From contig NW_014040069.1 of assembly GCF_001186125.1 (NCBI RefSeq), positions 1-42,037 of the forward strand: a DNA stretch of 42,037 bases. Direction: 5' to 3'. This document shows, piece after piece, positions 22,722 to 35,695 of this stretch (its first letter is position 1; the number at the start of each line of letters is the position of its first letter). This DNA comes from Sphaeroforma arctica JP610. Its lineage: Eukaryota. The translations under genes and the position numbers were made by a program. Below the pieces are notes generated by a model. It had not been told where the DNA came from, made no database searches, and was given only the letters and a program-made list of their open reading frames with translations.

Positions 22722-25700
22722 TGTAGTAAACTATGTGAATGACTAAACCAACCAACCTATCTGTCTTCCTCTCCTCCAGTTCGGTACCTCGTGTACTGAA
22801 CTCTAACCCAATTGGACCTTACATACACCCCCTGGGACGTGAAGCAGTTCCATCAGCGGTCCTCCGTCGTCACACGTTTTCTTAATCGTTGCAAATCAAA
22901 CATAAAAATGTGGCCTCAACTACGCAACTTGTTGAGTATAACATATAGCACTAGGTGCATAGTAAGTAAAAGGTCGTATCCAGTGGTATACCAACTGGTC
23001 TCGCCTGAAAATGTAGGCAAAAGATATACATTTGTGTTGTTCACCGCTCCTCCGACTGGCCCAGCCTGATGCTCTCTTGCTGCTTCAATTTGCACGTGTT
23101 AATACACTTGGCCCTATACTCCTGGTCCCTGGCAAAGTGATATCTCCACCGTATGGCACTGTGCCAATTCTTTACATGACGGTCACCAATGTGCTGAGCT
23201 GCAAGCTCGCCATCCCGCTGCTCGAAGCCCAGAGTACGCGCATACTGATGTTTATGGGTCAACGTTATCCATCTGATCCAATAAGTATTGGTTTGGCTTT
23301 GCCACTGAGCCACCTCGGGGCAAGTGGTTGACGTCTCAACCACCTCATCTATTTCCTCCGCAGAAGCGCCCTTAAACTCGCTCTCATACATAAGCCAGTT
23401 CATATACACCGTTGCGTTCAGACAACGGTGAGCCTTACCGCGCTCCGGTTCACTCAAAGGGACGCGGTGCGCCCTGATGTCCGCGACATGTAACGTGTAC
23501 AACTTGCCAGACGACCGCATCCTGACAACATGGTACACAGGGGGGTCCATACACTCAGGCTGCACTTATGCGGCTCCTTTGCTTGGAGAGACATAGCGAC
23601 TTGTCCAACCGCAAACATGGGCAAATCGACTCGCGGCCCTAGCTTGTGCCAGCTGTGTCTTGGCAACAATTACCCAAGCTCTGCGGTCAGTATCCGTGGG
23701 TTTGGGCTCCAACAAGTCCAGCGTAGCTACATCCTCCATGTCCTGTCGGAGAATGTCGATCAGGTCCGCATCAGCATAATGGGAAAACACTAGTTCAGTA
23801 GTGGCCAGTGTGTAGGGCGCCATACCTGTCGTGGACGAGCGAGTAGAGCTGTATGCTGAAATAAACTCAGCAGCCGCGTTCCGGCCACGCGGTTTTTAGC
23901 CCCTGTGGTAAATAACGTGACAACCACCGATTGCGAGTGCGGCACAATACCTCCACTTAATCATCGCCTTGGTGGCGGTCTTTCTGTACCGGGTGGATTG
24001 AGATGTTCCGGCTGAAACACCACGAAGTGAGCGCGCTCGCCAACATTGGGCTGTCTCCATCAACGACCAACCGCCGTGGCCAGCCCCAATGCACTACCTG
24101 ATATTCCATGCACCGCTTCGCCTTCTCGAACGTGTGTTCATGTCGACGCATAGGCCTCCCTGCTGCCAAACGCGACACCTTGTCAATACCGAGCAAAATG
24201 AAATTATACCTGTAAGCACTTCGTGCATGATGGTAATAATTCTTTTGCGATGCGGTCGCAAATACTCGCGCCCGAGGTCGCTGACACAGCAGACCTTTGC
24301 ACAAGCCTAACTGTGTGCCCCGACGTGCGATGCAAATGGTGCAAGTATCCACCACGTCCGCCAACAGGTCTTTGGAAACACTACATCCCACCTTGCCTTG
24401 AATTAATCCGCGCAAGCGGGTGAACCGTGCACACGTATGCGAGTAATGCAAGGACCAAATGCCTTCGAGCACTACCCGCGGTATAAGTTTCACACCCCGC
24501 ACCGTAGTATTTATTGCCTTCAGCTCATCCGATACTTCCTGAAGAGCATGCGATAGCTTCCGACGCTTCCGTAAAGTCACAACCTACTGAATTCCCACAG
24601 TAACACTTGGGCCATCGTCAGCAACTGTTCCGACACTGTGTACGGCCGTGCATGTTGAAACACATACCTCACGGCTGTATGGTCTTTCGGAAGCACGTCT
24701 ACATCCAGACCCTTGTCATCCACAGTGCTGCCTGTCATTTCACTTATCTGGTCCTGCTGACTCCGTAAGGCCTGCAATTGATCCTCGGACCAGTCAAGGG
24801 CGTCATGAAGTGGGTCCTGAATCATTCGCTCGTGGTCGCCTTCGATGATGTTCATCTCTCTCTTACTCGTGTATTCCTGCCAGCTACGCTCCTTCTCCGC
24901 AAGGGCATCGTCAATCGTGGCCTGTTCCGCCGACAGCATATCATGCATACAGAGCATAGGGCCTGAAGAAGCCTCATCGCGACCTCGAGGGAGGAGAACG
25001 TCACGAGATATTGCTGGGTGTCGCTGGGCCTATCAGCCCTACCCCATGTTTCTGACAACAGTATATCCATACGGGCTGGCCTCGTGCCGGCCAAGATGTC
25101 CCTGAGCTCCTGGGATCCACCTAACGAACTCTGCTCCGGCATGTCTGGTTCCGTGCTAACCATAATATCACTGAGTGCATTACTCGTACCCGACGTACTC
25201 GTCGAGCTGTCTAGATACACTGGACCAGCAATAACCGGACCGCGCTCTTCGTCATTATCACATGAAGGTATGCGAGTGACCTCACTTATCCGCCGATGCA
25301 GTCAGCTGCTCACCGAGCGCCTCCTCCGGCTCCCGCAGGGCCACCCATATGAACTAGACCTGGGCCTTCTCTTGATCTTCCCCGGCCACCCCCACTTTCC
25401 TAAGAAACCGACGCACGGTATCTTCATCGGTCGTATTGAACGCGGAGCCATGCGTGGGACGGTAGGCCCCGGCAAATTGCGCACCCCATAAAGTCGGCTC
25501 AAGAAGCCCAGACGGAGCCAGAAGTGTAGAGACGAATACTGTAGGCGGATCGATGCAGTCGCTTTGCAGAAGGCCGACCAGTGTACACCCCCAAGAAGGT
25601 ACCACCAAAGGCTGACCGTTGCCACCAAAGAACGTGCCGTGCTCTGGTGGTATCACCATGAGCACCCCATTCAGAGCATCGCATAAAAGGTAGAGAACCA

Positions 25701-26053
25701 GGTTGCCTGGTCCACACTGGCACCGCCATGGCCGTCTGAGCCACTGCAATCGACTGCAAATAGTCTGAGAACAGAGTCATCCCAAGAAGAATTGACCAAA
25801 CAGAAATCTCATCCAAAGGCACAGTGTAGGCACTCACCCACCATGTGCCTCCTCCAGGTTCAAATGCATAGTCAGTGAAGTGAGCAATCCCCGTGCTCTC
25901 GAACCGGTTCCTTTCCAGGTCTGGCCACCTTTCCTTGACCCGAGCAATCCACTTTAGATTCAGCCTCTGCGCCCCCCTCTCGCGGGTCACCTGGACTACT
26001 CGGAATCGTCGTCGTCCAACGACCAGTCGGATAGTGGTGTCGACAGGACATCA
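22722..26053 (-). mobile_element. 5'-truncated, GC-rich, divergent Ty3/Gypsy-type element: RT-connection/degenerate RNase H, insert, integrase, GPY/F, chromo-like; PPT and putative short 3' LTR
   Basis: Integrase zinc region (LHYSHT...CTIC); FILLGIDKVSR; WGWPRRLVVDGDS; HQGDD*VEVL; AYSSTRSSTTGMAPYTL; FAVGQV..K.QP. Chromo-like EIDEVVE...YWIRW. On the minus strand AGGGGGTGTA directly precedes TGTAAGG at 22823, with a candidate LTR at 22722-22823 (TGTA..TACA). Multiple frameshifts. Confidence 0.75.
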
Positions 26054-29000
26054 TGTGGCTCCGCCTATTTCGAAAGCTGAATATTTCAACGAAACACATT
26101 TTTAAGATACTCCCGAGTGGCTGATAATAAACTGGCTAGTACACTTACGTGTACAATTTTTGAAATTACACTTAAATATTACAGCTTTTACAGGCATAGC
26201 GTTATTCATTTAAAAGTGAATATTTCAATGAGACGCACTTAAGTGCTTATTATAGCTTTTAAAATCTCAATATATTAGTATATTGACCGAACACATTTAG
26301 AAGTGTCAAAATTGATCAATTTGCACCTACGTGTTGATTCATTAGCTGTCAATTATAATATAAGCACTTACGAGTAAGATTATAATTACTACTCGCGTAA
26401 AATTTAACCATAAATAAAGCTGCCAAATTTACATAAGCAGTTACGTGCCGATTTACAAATTGCAATTACGTGCGATTTTAGAATCAACTTTATTTACTAT
26501 AAGTTTATTAGTACACTACGTAAATGTATTTAGTCTACACTGGTGTAGACTGAGGAAATTCAGATATCGTATTAAGTATACAAGCAAGGGACTCGTTCTG
26601 AGCTTCTTCATTTTGAAGCATGCCTCCTAAGAGGCAGGTTTTAAAGAAGAAGAAGCCAAAAAAGCCCCCAGCAGCTAAACCTAACCCGCCTAAGCGAATA
26701 GAATATTCGTCAAAGACCTTTCTTAAGAAAGCCATGTCTTAGAATGCAGATAGTACTTCTAAAGAAGCAAGTGCTCCTAAAGAAGCAAGTGTTTGTAAAG
26801 AAGCAAGTGCTTCTAAAAAAGCAAGTGCTTCTAAAGGAGCAGATGTTACATTAACATCAAATGTTATTAAAGTAACAGGTGCTTCTACAGCATCATATGA
26901 TGGTAAGGTATCACAAGTTGCTAAAGCAACGGGCGCTTCTACAGCACCAAATCCAGTAATGGACACTTGTCCTGGAGAGGGGTGAAGTAATGGGCCAAAG
27001 GCTTACACGTGGCAAGTCTAAAGAGGCTGCTAGTTCTTCAAAGAACATCGATGCTGATAGAACTTCAGATACTGATTAGGATCAACCTTTAAAGGCAACT
27101 CATCGTATAGCCTCTAAAGGTCAAATTTCACTATTTTCAGATAGTGAAAAGGAGTTAACTCCCGAACACTCAAAGACTCGAAGTTCAGTAGGGGGCAGCT
27201 CTGCAGAAATGCAAAGCATTGAGCACTTTAATCCTAAGACACCTAAATCAAGCCATGATGATTCAATGAAATCTATTCGAGCAGGAGATAGTTAGGAACA
27301 TATCTTCTTGAGAGGTACAACCTCGTGTATAGTCTAAGACTGACAAAGGACTGGAGAGTTCTAAAACAAGTGCTTTACAGCACAGTTGGGCGTCAGAATC
27401 TGATGATGATGACAACGGAGCAGGAAATGCTTCTACACGCCGGAATTGGATTCCGGGTACAACACATTCGACACATTCGAAACAAGATAACAGCACGAAA
27501 TCTATGGATTCTGCTGAAGTTTTGTTTCTACCTAAAGCTAAGGCTCCACAAGCAAAAGCTAGTACCGCTAAAGCTTCACAAGCAAAAGCGCCAGTAGCTA
27601 AGGCTACAAAATCTGATGCTACTAAAGCCAAGTCGTCAAAAGTTAAGACTTCTAAAGTCAAGACTACGGCTACGGCAGATAAAGGCAAAAGAAAGGTTAC
27701 TGTGCATGAAGATATATAAAGACCTACTATCCTCGTACAGGGACGCATACATACTGACCATGATGATCGAAGCGGTCAATCAGTCAGGTCATCCTCAAGG
27801 ATGAAACGACGTTACGATATAGATCGTGATTTACACCAAAGTGGAACATAGTGGACATTTAAATGTTTCACTAGAATCTCATATACCATCATCAGGTCAC
27901 TTAAGTGATTCTTATGTTGAAACAGAATCAGCCTCTAAGCGACGGTATTTACAGGTTTTACAACCACTTGCTATATTACTCGAAGATCTTGAAGATACAA
28001 GATCTGAATATGTACCCGGAACAATCGAGTATAATTCAGCATATATCCCGTACTAATCTCATGTGAGAGATAGAGATGAGACATAAACCACTACAATCGT
28101 GCAGGAGAAATGCAGAAACGCATTGAATTCTACACGAGAGAAGCTAAATCTTGCCAATCAACATGTCGAATACCTAAGTGATCGTTCATGGACAAGATCT
28201 GCCAAGGACAGAGAAAGTCCTTCGACTAAGTTAAAGACATCTTTGAAAGGAAATCAAGCAGACTTTTCAAAGATCTTTGCAGCGTTCAAGACGTTGCAAA
28301 TGATGAGAGAAGAATGGGCTATTTAACACGTTTCCATTTAAGAGTACTATGCTGTGTTAACGTATATATTGATGCCGGGAAGTAATGAAGAAACCTTTCT
28401 GCATGGTGAAAAAGAAAGGCTATTAGCAGCTAGAGATGCAGACTGACCGTTTCTTCAACATTGTTAACGAGATAGCTTGCAGTGACAAAAGACTACCTCT
28501 ATCGAGATAGCTTGCAGTGACAAAAGACTACCTCTATAATTTAGTATGCTAGACGGAGGCAGTTTGAATGTCCCAATTAAAACTTTTGTACTAGACTAGG
28601 AAATTAGTTTTAACATGACGTGGGCCAAGGGTCAACGCAGAACGTTAGAAATAATGTTTATGCACGTGATTTATAATCGTATGAATAGAAATTCACGACA
28701 AGAACGTCTTAAGTGATTAAACACTAAAACTGAGAAACTGTCGTCTGACTCATTTGACTTTGAGTGGGATATGTTTGTTAAGGCTTTCACAGTGTAACTA
28801 AGAAGTCTTCAGAGACTCGTGCGTCTACGTCAATGTCTAGTAGTAGTGCTAAAAAGACAAAACGTATGCGGCAGTAGCTCGTGGACGAGCAACAACTGCA
28901 AGCGTAGCCAAAAGGTTATAACACCAGATATCGTGTGTTGAATGTGAAAGTACTGTATACCAAAATAAGCCTAAACAGAACTTCTTTGGTAGGCACAACG

Positions 29001-29498
29001 ACTCTTGTAAATACGCTCAAGAGACAAGGGACTATCTCATCATTGATACCACGTGGTAACGGTTAAACGAATAATGAAGACGAACGTATTATGTGTTACC
29101 AGTTTTCGATAACGGAATAAAGGTTAATGCGTTACTTGATCTCGGTTCTCAAATTTCTTGTATCTTACATCGTATGACACTTATGTGTGACATGGAAACA
29201 TCTTTAGAGAATACGCATATTGTTATGCCGAATGAGAAAGAACTTGTATGTTATGAGAAAGTCAATGATATAAATATCACATTGTTAAATCATCGAATGG
29301 TTCAAACCGATCTAGTAGTACTATAGATGTATAAACAATATAATTGTATCATTGATATGGGTGATTATTATCTTTTGGGCTCACTCTTACGGGTCTACCA
29401 ACCGAAGTGGATCCTATAATGAACCAGTCTGACGATAATATATTAAAGAAACCGTCGCCAACAAATCAAAAGATTAAGGAATAAATTCCTGATATTGT
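26054..29498 (+). mobile_element. Decayed, 3'-truncated Gypsy-like element (putative 5' LTR, PBS, gag-like ORF, aspartic protease)
   Basis: AT-rich TG(26054)...CTACA(26539) block, then TGGTGTAGACTGAGG (PBS-like, 26541). The ORF starts MPPKR at 26620 and has K/A/S-rich repeats and many stops. Protease motif VNALLDLGSQISCI lies in 29093-29326. The element stops at the LTR at 29499. The left boundary is uncertain. Confidence 0.65.
28468..28537. repeat. Perfect 35-bp tandem duplication
   Basis: CGAGATAGCTTGCAGTGACAAAAGACTACCTCTAT twice. Confidence 0.95.
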
Positions 29499-29825
29499 TG
29501 TAGAGTGTATAGAGCAGCTGAAAGATACGAGTCGAGGATACAATAAACCACTTCTCAAGTACGGTAATCTCAGCTAGGGAAAGTCCCTAGTCTGAGAGAA
29601 CCGAACTGAGTCTTTATCTGTGTTTTCTAATTTATTAGACTCAGGATTTTACTTGAGTGTTTCTCTCTCACGCAGAGTCCCGGTTAGTTTACTGGTTCTA
29701 CCGCTAATATTTCTAACTTTAATATCAAGAATATTCCAATTCTAATTCCAAAACTCAATATTGCATGATTCTGAAGTTATGAGATTTGAATTGGCTTGTT
29801 GATAATTTGGTCCCTAGATGCTACA
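29499..29825 (-). repeat. 3' LTR (327 bp)
   Basis: TGTAG...CTACA, homologous to 38581-38916, with adjacent PPT at 29826-29838. Confidence 0.9.
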
Positions 29826-30201
29826 GCTCTCCACCTTTATGCTTCTTAGCCTGCGCAGGAGTAGAAAGACATCTTACAGTACTAGATTAATTAGAGGTTG
29901 GTTTTTTGTACAGGGAAAACTTGTCCCTTAGAGGGCATAAGATGAAAAACCTGCCACTATTATCTATTCTTACATATTACCGATTAAATAAATTTATACT
30001 ATGGCAGGAGTTCTCTACCTGTACGCTCATCGCAGTCAGTCTTGACCGGTGCTCTCGGTCGATCTCAACTTGGCTTAAGAAAACGCTTCTCAACGGTGAC
30101 TCTCCAGTCGAGTTTTTAGTCATTGTCCCTCTGGCGTGTGTGGGGGGGTATGCTTCAAGGCGAGAAAAGTGGGAGTGTGCCGTGGTATCTGTGAGACTTG
30201 C

Positions 30202-33200
30202 TTAGGTCCCTCGCCTCGTGCGCTTTCTGTTGCTCGCTGATCTTTCATCAGTGCTCGTCGTGGCTGGCTTCTTTGGCCTTGACTGTCTTTGTTTGCGTCG
30301 GTGGCGTTGACGGTGTGTAGTATTGACATCAGCATCTGTGATATCTGAGTCATGCGTCCAGGTACGCTCCCCATCTGTCTATTGCAGTAGGTACTCCTAG
30401 GATCCATCACCTCGGATGGACGGCCTGTCGTCGACTATCGAGGAGAACTGAGTCTCCTCGTTAGGTTGTACGTTATTATTGGTAAATGCTTCCGAAGCAA
30501 CGGCCCTTCTTACAAGTCCAAGTAGCTCATCACTGATCGAGTCAGGATATTCGGGGGCTCTAGTCCCATCAAGGTTACAGACAAAATACCCGTTGCCCTC
30601 CCTGCATACTATTTTGTATGATCCGCCATTTGGTTGTTTATTTCACCTTGGTAGCGAACCATGACAAGGTCCCCTTCTTAGAAGTTTACATTCTTCTTTT
30701 GATATTTTCGATCGTATGCTGCGCGCATCTTCTCTTGATATTGTGCAACATTATTGTCAAGTTGTGGCCTGATGGCCTCTTATAGATTCTGCAATCGCTC
30801 TTCCCAAGATACTGTTGTACTGGGTGCGGTCACTGGCTCATTTTCTATTTGCGACCAAAGTACACGTTAAATCGTGGTGACTTGTGCCTTCTTGATGTAC
30901 GCAGATTGGGCCCATCTGTACGAATGGAAATCGGGAACACCCGTTACCTGAATTTTGCTCAACGAATTTCCCTAACAGTGGCATGAGGTCTCTGTGTGAT
31001 CGTTCGTTCGCGCCTAAGATCTTAGGTTGATACGGCCGAGAAACTAGGTGTTGCATTGGCGCTTGTTCAACAGCTTTCGAAAGTATGTTGTTAACATATT
31101 CAGTGTCTTGGTCAGTTTGTATGATTTGTGGGAATTCATGTTCACTCATGATTGGTACCAGCGTGCGTGCTATAGTAGCCGCTGACTAGTCCATCATTGG
31201 ACGTAATATGACATACGGTGAGTGTACATCGAACCATACTATCACATATGTGTGTCCTCTGTTGGAATCCAATAGTGGCCCTACGGTGTAGACTTGGACT
31301 CTGTCGCCTGGAAATGCGGTCGTGATTGAATGTAAGGGATGCAACTTTTTGTGTATCTTATTTTGAAGACATGGTATGCATCCATCAATGAACTTGTGTA
31401 TATGTTGTTGGATTTGGGGCCAATCATGTTCATCTGTTTGCAACTTGTTTGCCGTTTCCTCAGGAGTGTAATGTTCCAAGTTGTGGTATTGCTCGATGAT
31501 GTTGACACGTGTCTCGTATTCTATTGCCTGTGGTGTATCTCCAGAGTGAACTGGTTCTGATGCTGAAACGTGTATGGCAGGTTGTTCCCGCGTTAAGTCA
31601 AGGTATGGGGACTTCACTCCTATCTTTGAGACTAATGTGATACCCCCATGCTGGTTGCCTGTTCAATGACTTTGTCAAGGACATCAGGTATGAGTTCCCA
31701 TGGTGGGTTCGCCTATACATTCACTTCCTGCGCCCACTTTTGTTGTAGCGCATTTTGTTCTTTGGTATAGTATTTACCTGTGCGTGCAAGGTCTGCCTAT
31801 GCAAACAGATCTACTGTGAATTTTCTAAACCGTCGTTCAGCTTCTTGTAGAATCTGGGGTGTAACATCCAGTCTATGGCTGATATGGTTGTGGGCATGTT
31901 AGTTTCTAAAATGGTGTGCTCTTGGGTGTTGTGTGTTGTATCGTTTACTTCTTTTAATACCTTTGAAGTTTTAGTAGTAAAAGTGTCTTCGTGTAGACGT
32001 GAGAATATATCTGCCATCTGGTTGTCCTTGCCTGGGACATGTATGATGGAGAAGTGGTGGTGGAATGTTTTTGCTATCCATTTGGCTAGCATTGGGTGTA
32101 ATGTCTGTTGACTGTTCGTTTGCGTGAGCGCTTTGTGATCTGTCCACAGTGTTATGTCCCCTCCCTTGATGTAGTCGGATAAATGTTCCAGGCTGTATAC
32201 CAGTGCTAGTAGCTCTTTAGTATTTGTGCCATCATAGCGTTGTTGTGCTACATGCAAGCCTTTCGAGAAGTAGAGGATGTCTCTTCTAACCCCATCGATG
32301 ACTTGAAATAAACGTCCTCCTATGCCATAGTCATTAGCATCATTCATTATTTGAAACGGTACCCCATCAACAGGGTATACTAATGCCACTGAAGAGGCGA
32401 TGGCTTTTTTGAGTTCCTCCCACTTCTTTTTGAGTTCCGGAGTCCATAACATGGATATATTCTGGTTCATTTTTTCTTTCATTAGGTTCCGGAAGTGTTT
32501 CGTTGTGTGGGAAAAATTTGGGATATGGTCGTGTATGTAATTTGCTAGTCCCACCGCTTTGTGCAGATCTCTTTTTGTACTGGGGAGTGGCCAGTCCATC
32601 ATTCTTTTCTGTTTTTCAGGATCTGCTTTGAGTCACTGTGTGGTGACTTTCACACCTAAAATAATGACCACTTTGATCGCGAAGGCACGCTTGTTGTGAT
32701 TGAGTAAGAAGTTTGCTCTATTCAGTCGCTTGATTACTTCACGAACTGTCTTGCGGTGTTCTTCTTCTGTAAGACTCGCAATTACTATGTCAACTACATA
32801 AGCTTGCACTCCGTTGATGTCTATGAGCAAATTTGCCATGACTCTCTGGAACTGTGCTGTGAATAAGTGTAGTCCGAACGGCTCTGACTTGAATGAGTAT
32901 TGCGCTCCCTACACGAATATGTGAAGAAGTAATGACTTGCTTCAAATGGTGAAATCCTCCTGTGAGATCTAGCTTTAAAAGAACTGTACTTCTTGTACTT
33001 CTTGTGGGTTGTGGAGTACTTCCTTTACTTTCGGTAACACAAACCTATCTTGTTCATATTGATGATTGATCTCGCGTAAGTCTAGACATGTCCTTGCTTT
33101 CTTGAGGAGACCTGTTTGGTCATGTTCACCTGTTGATAACAACGGTACATTTTCTGTTGTTGGTGTAAGCCACCTCTGTACATTCTCATCCGTTTGTGTA

Positions 33201-33780
33201 ATATACTTGTGAGGTACAAAGTTGACTTTAGCGTGCCTCATTTGTCTGACATTAATTTCACTTGCAGGTACTGTGACTGTGGAGCCCGGTAGGTTGCAAT
33301 GTACGTCAGGAGGTATGTTCACGTTGATATCTAAGATATCTATAAGTGACTTCCTGAAACCTTCTTGTTCATGCTCAGGATCCTCTTCATGTGGCGTGAG
33401 GAGTGATTCCCATTTCGAATCTGTTGGTATAAGTGAATTGATTAGTCCTGCTATGTATATACCTATGTATGGTAGAATGTCTATACCGAATGTATCGGTG
33501 TCTTCTTGTCTGGTAAATGCAATACTTCAAAACACTGAGAGGTTTTCCTACCTCCATAATTAAGGTCACAAACTTCGGTTGATGCTGTGCGTTGTATTCT
33601 TGCATCTGTTTGTGCTAATTGTATATAACCCAGTTGCGCTCTGACGAAGAAATATAGTTCTGTTACTACACTCTTGTCCATGCATGAGCGTGGTGCGCCC
33701 GAGTCTAATAGTGCATTGTATGTATTTTCATTAATTTGTATATCAACGTGTAAACGTTGGTCTCGTGGGGCGGGAAGTTA
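30202..33780 (-). pseudogene. Gypsy pol (PR-RT-RNase H-integrase-chromodomain), disrupted
   Basis: PR: YNALLDSGA (~33690-33720). RT: RTCLDLREIN and YVVD (YVDD mutated). RH: NDANDYGIGG, KELLAL, WTDHKAL, GKDNQMADIFSR. IN: H..H/CIPC, QTDQDTEY, GANERSH. Chromodomain: SIVDDR...EYLLQ*TDGERTW (~30330-30445, TAG at the usual Trp). Confidence 0.92.
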
Positions 33781-33893
33781 GGATAAAGGTTGGTAATTTA
33801 AATCATTTGCATTTATTAACAACGTTTCTTCATCTGTATATACATTGAGCCTGTCAGCCAGGTCAATTCTGTTGCTTCCGCCCACCAGTTGTT

Positions 33894-35305
33894 TCAGTGC
33901 TCATCACCCTCCGTGATGTCGTCTACCTTGCCAGAGGTATTGTACAGTCTTGCTATTTGCACATCCTTCTTGACCTGTTCCTCAGTCTGCTTGGCCTGAT
34001 TCGCAGCCTTATTGGGACATAGACTGAACCGATGTGGGGCTGGCATCACCTTACAATAGGGACATGGACGCCCCTTTCTTTTCTTGGGCTTGTCCTGTTC
34101 GGTTGGTTTGATTGAGTGCACCGCTGTCCGGTTTATGCCGTTTGTTAGTAGCGGTAGTGCTACTCTCGGCTTGGTTGGTTGTCTGCGTGTTTTGACGCTT
34201 GTTCTGCACTCTCATCCGTTTCCTTAGCATTCGGTCTCCTTGCACATTGGATGCCGCTCTTATGCTTGCCTCAGCCATAGTATGAAACTTAGTTTGTTCT
34301 ATATCTGATAAGCGCCCCTCACCCCCATCAGGTTGTTTGTTTGCCTTGATGAGAGCATTCACCCGTGCTTGTTGCCTGTAGTACATAAGTGCGTGGTATC
34401 TTTGTACTTTGAGGAGTTGTAAGTGTATGGTATTCGTGTCTGAGTTGCGGTACCGCTCCTCTAATATTGCCATTGCCTTATGCACACGCTCTGTGCGCAC
34501 TTCGACGTTCATCTTCTTGTTCTGCATGTCATTGAGAAACTTCTCTAACAGATAGTCTACTGGGTGAGGCCTGAGTCTGTCAAGAATGATTGTATTGAAT
34601 TGCTCAGGTTCATTGAAGTGCTTAGTTGTATACGTCTCAGAATCTCTCAAGATATTGAGTTCTGACTTGGTCTTTTCCGTTGCATCAGTGGAATCTAATA
34701 GGGTTCTCACTAGTGCTGGGTACTGACACAGTGTCATGGGCTTTGCTAGGAATAGGTCACTACATCGCGTAGTGAACTCTATGATGTCTTCGCAATTTTC
34801 AATTCTAAAGTAACTATCTTTAGGGAGCTTAGGAGGTTCTGAAGTCTTTAGTAGTTCTGCGAGAGGTGGTTCATTTATCTGGTCGCCTAAGCTTGAACGC
34901 ATGAGCTCTAACTCACTTAATTGAATGAGTTCATCCTCATTATAGTCTCCACACTCATTGATAGCTAAGTCATATCGTCGTCTGAGTTCTTTGTCAACCA
35001 GTGGCATGCGTAGTTCTGGTTGTTGGTCATGAACGCATACTCTCATCTTGTGTAGAGTCGGTATAGACACTGATGTTGGTTGTTCCAATTTGGAAACATA
35101 CCTACTAACCAGAACATGGTTGCCTTGGCAGATGCTTTTGTCTATTTCTTGACGCATTGCTGAAGCTAGTATGGGTACCCCAGCCGGTGTAGACTGGCGG
35201 AACCACTATCTGGGCTTGTCCCCCCATTGGGATGACACTCGCACCATCCGTGCCCTCACTCCCTTCTCCACCACCATACACGTCTGCTCTGGTTGCCGTT
35301 GGCAT
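33894..35305 (-). pseudogene. Gypsy gag with a variant zinc knuckle C-X2-C-X6-H-X4-C; two frameshifts
   Basis: Overlapping ORFs 35105-35305, 34051-35157 and 33894-34121 (CPYCKVMPAPHRFSLC) lie immediately upstream of the protease. Confidence 0.8.
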
Positions 35306-35660
35306 CTTGAGGTGTCTGTGATGGTGTTAGGGTATTGCAGGTTATTAATAAAGATTCTAGCTATATTCTGCGCGAATGCGCACTTCACCCCCCTTGTCTT
35401 TAGTAAAAATTCGTATCAAATTTTTTTTTATAGTCTTTTTACTTACTATTGTAGTGTTGTTGCTTCGATGCATTTCCTCGAGAAGTGTTTACTGTTCCGT
35501 ATGGTACGCTAGCTCGTTGCGTTGTTCCCTGTATTTATGAGGGTGTGAATGGAGTTTGTTCGTCAAGCTTAATTTGTCATGTGTGGACTTACTTGTGATT
35601 ATTCCGTCATATGAGAAATCAATTTCTCATGTGTGATCTCAATGAGATGTACGGTCATAG

Positions 35661-35695
35661 TGACGTCATTTGGAAGTTCGGTCCCGGTGACGTCA
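35661..35695. promoter_or_regulatory. Two perfect CRE/ATF palindromes (TGACGTCA) upstream of gag
   Basis: At 35661-35668 and 35688-35695, with TATA-like CATAAATA on the minus strand at ~35532-35539. Confidence 0.4.

Noticed and set aside
23041..24580. Ginger/Maverick-type DNA transposon integrase
   Set aside because: No TIRs or polB/ATPase genes are seen. Upstream connection/RNase H-like remnants and a downstream PPT-TG favour an LTR retrotransposon.
25018..25491. 157-aa plus-strand ORF
   Set aside because: Antisense shadow of the GC-rich minus-strand pol, with no motif.
27504..27719. Host histone H1 gene
   Set aside because: No globular winged-helix domain; it lies between the PBS and protease of a decayed retroelement.
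34051..34150. Programmed frameshift in gag before the zinc knuckle
   Set aside because: No clear slippery heptamer, and the element has many other frameshifts from decay.
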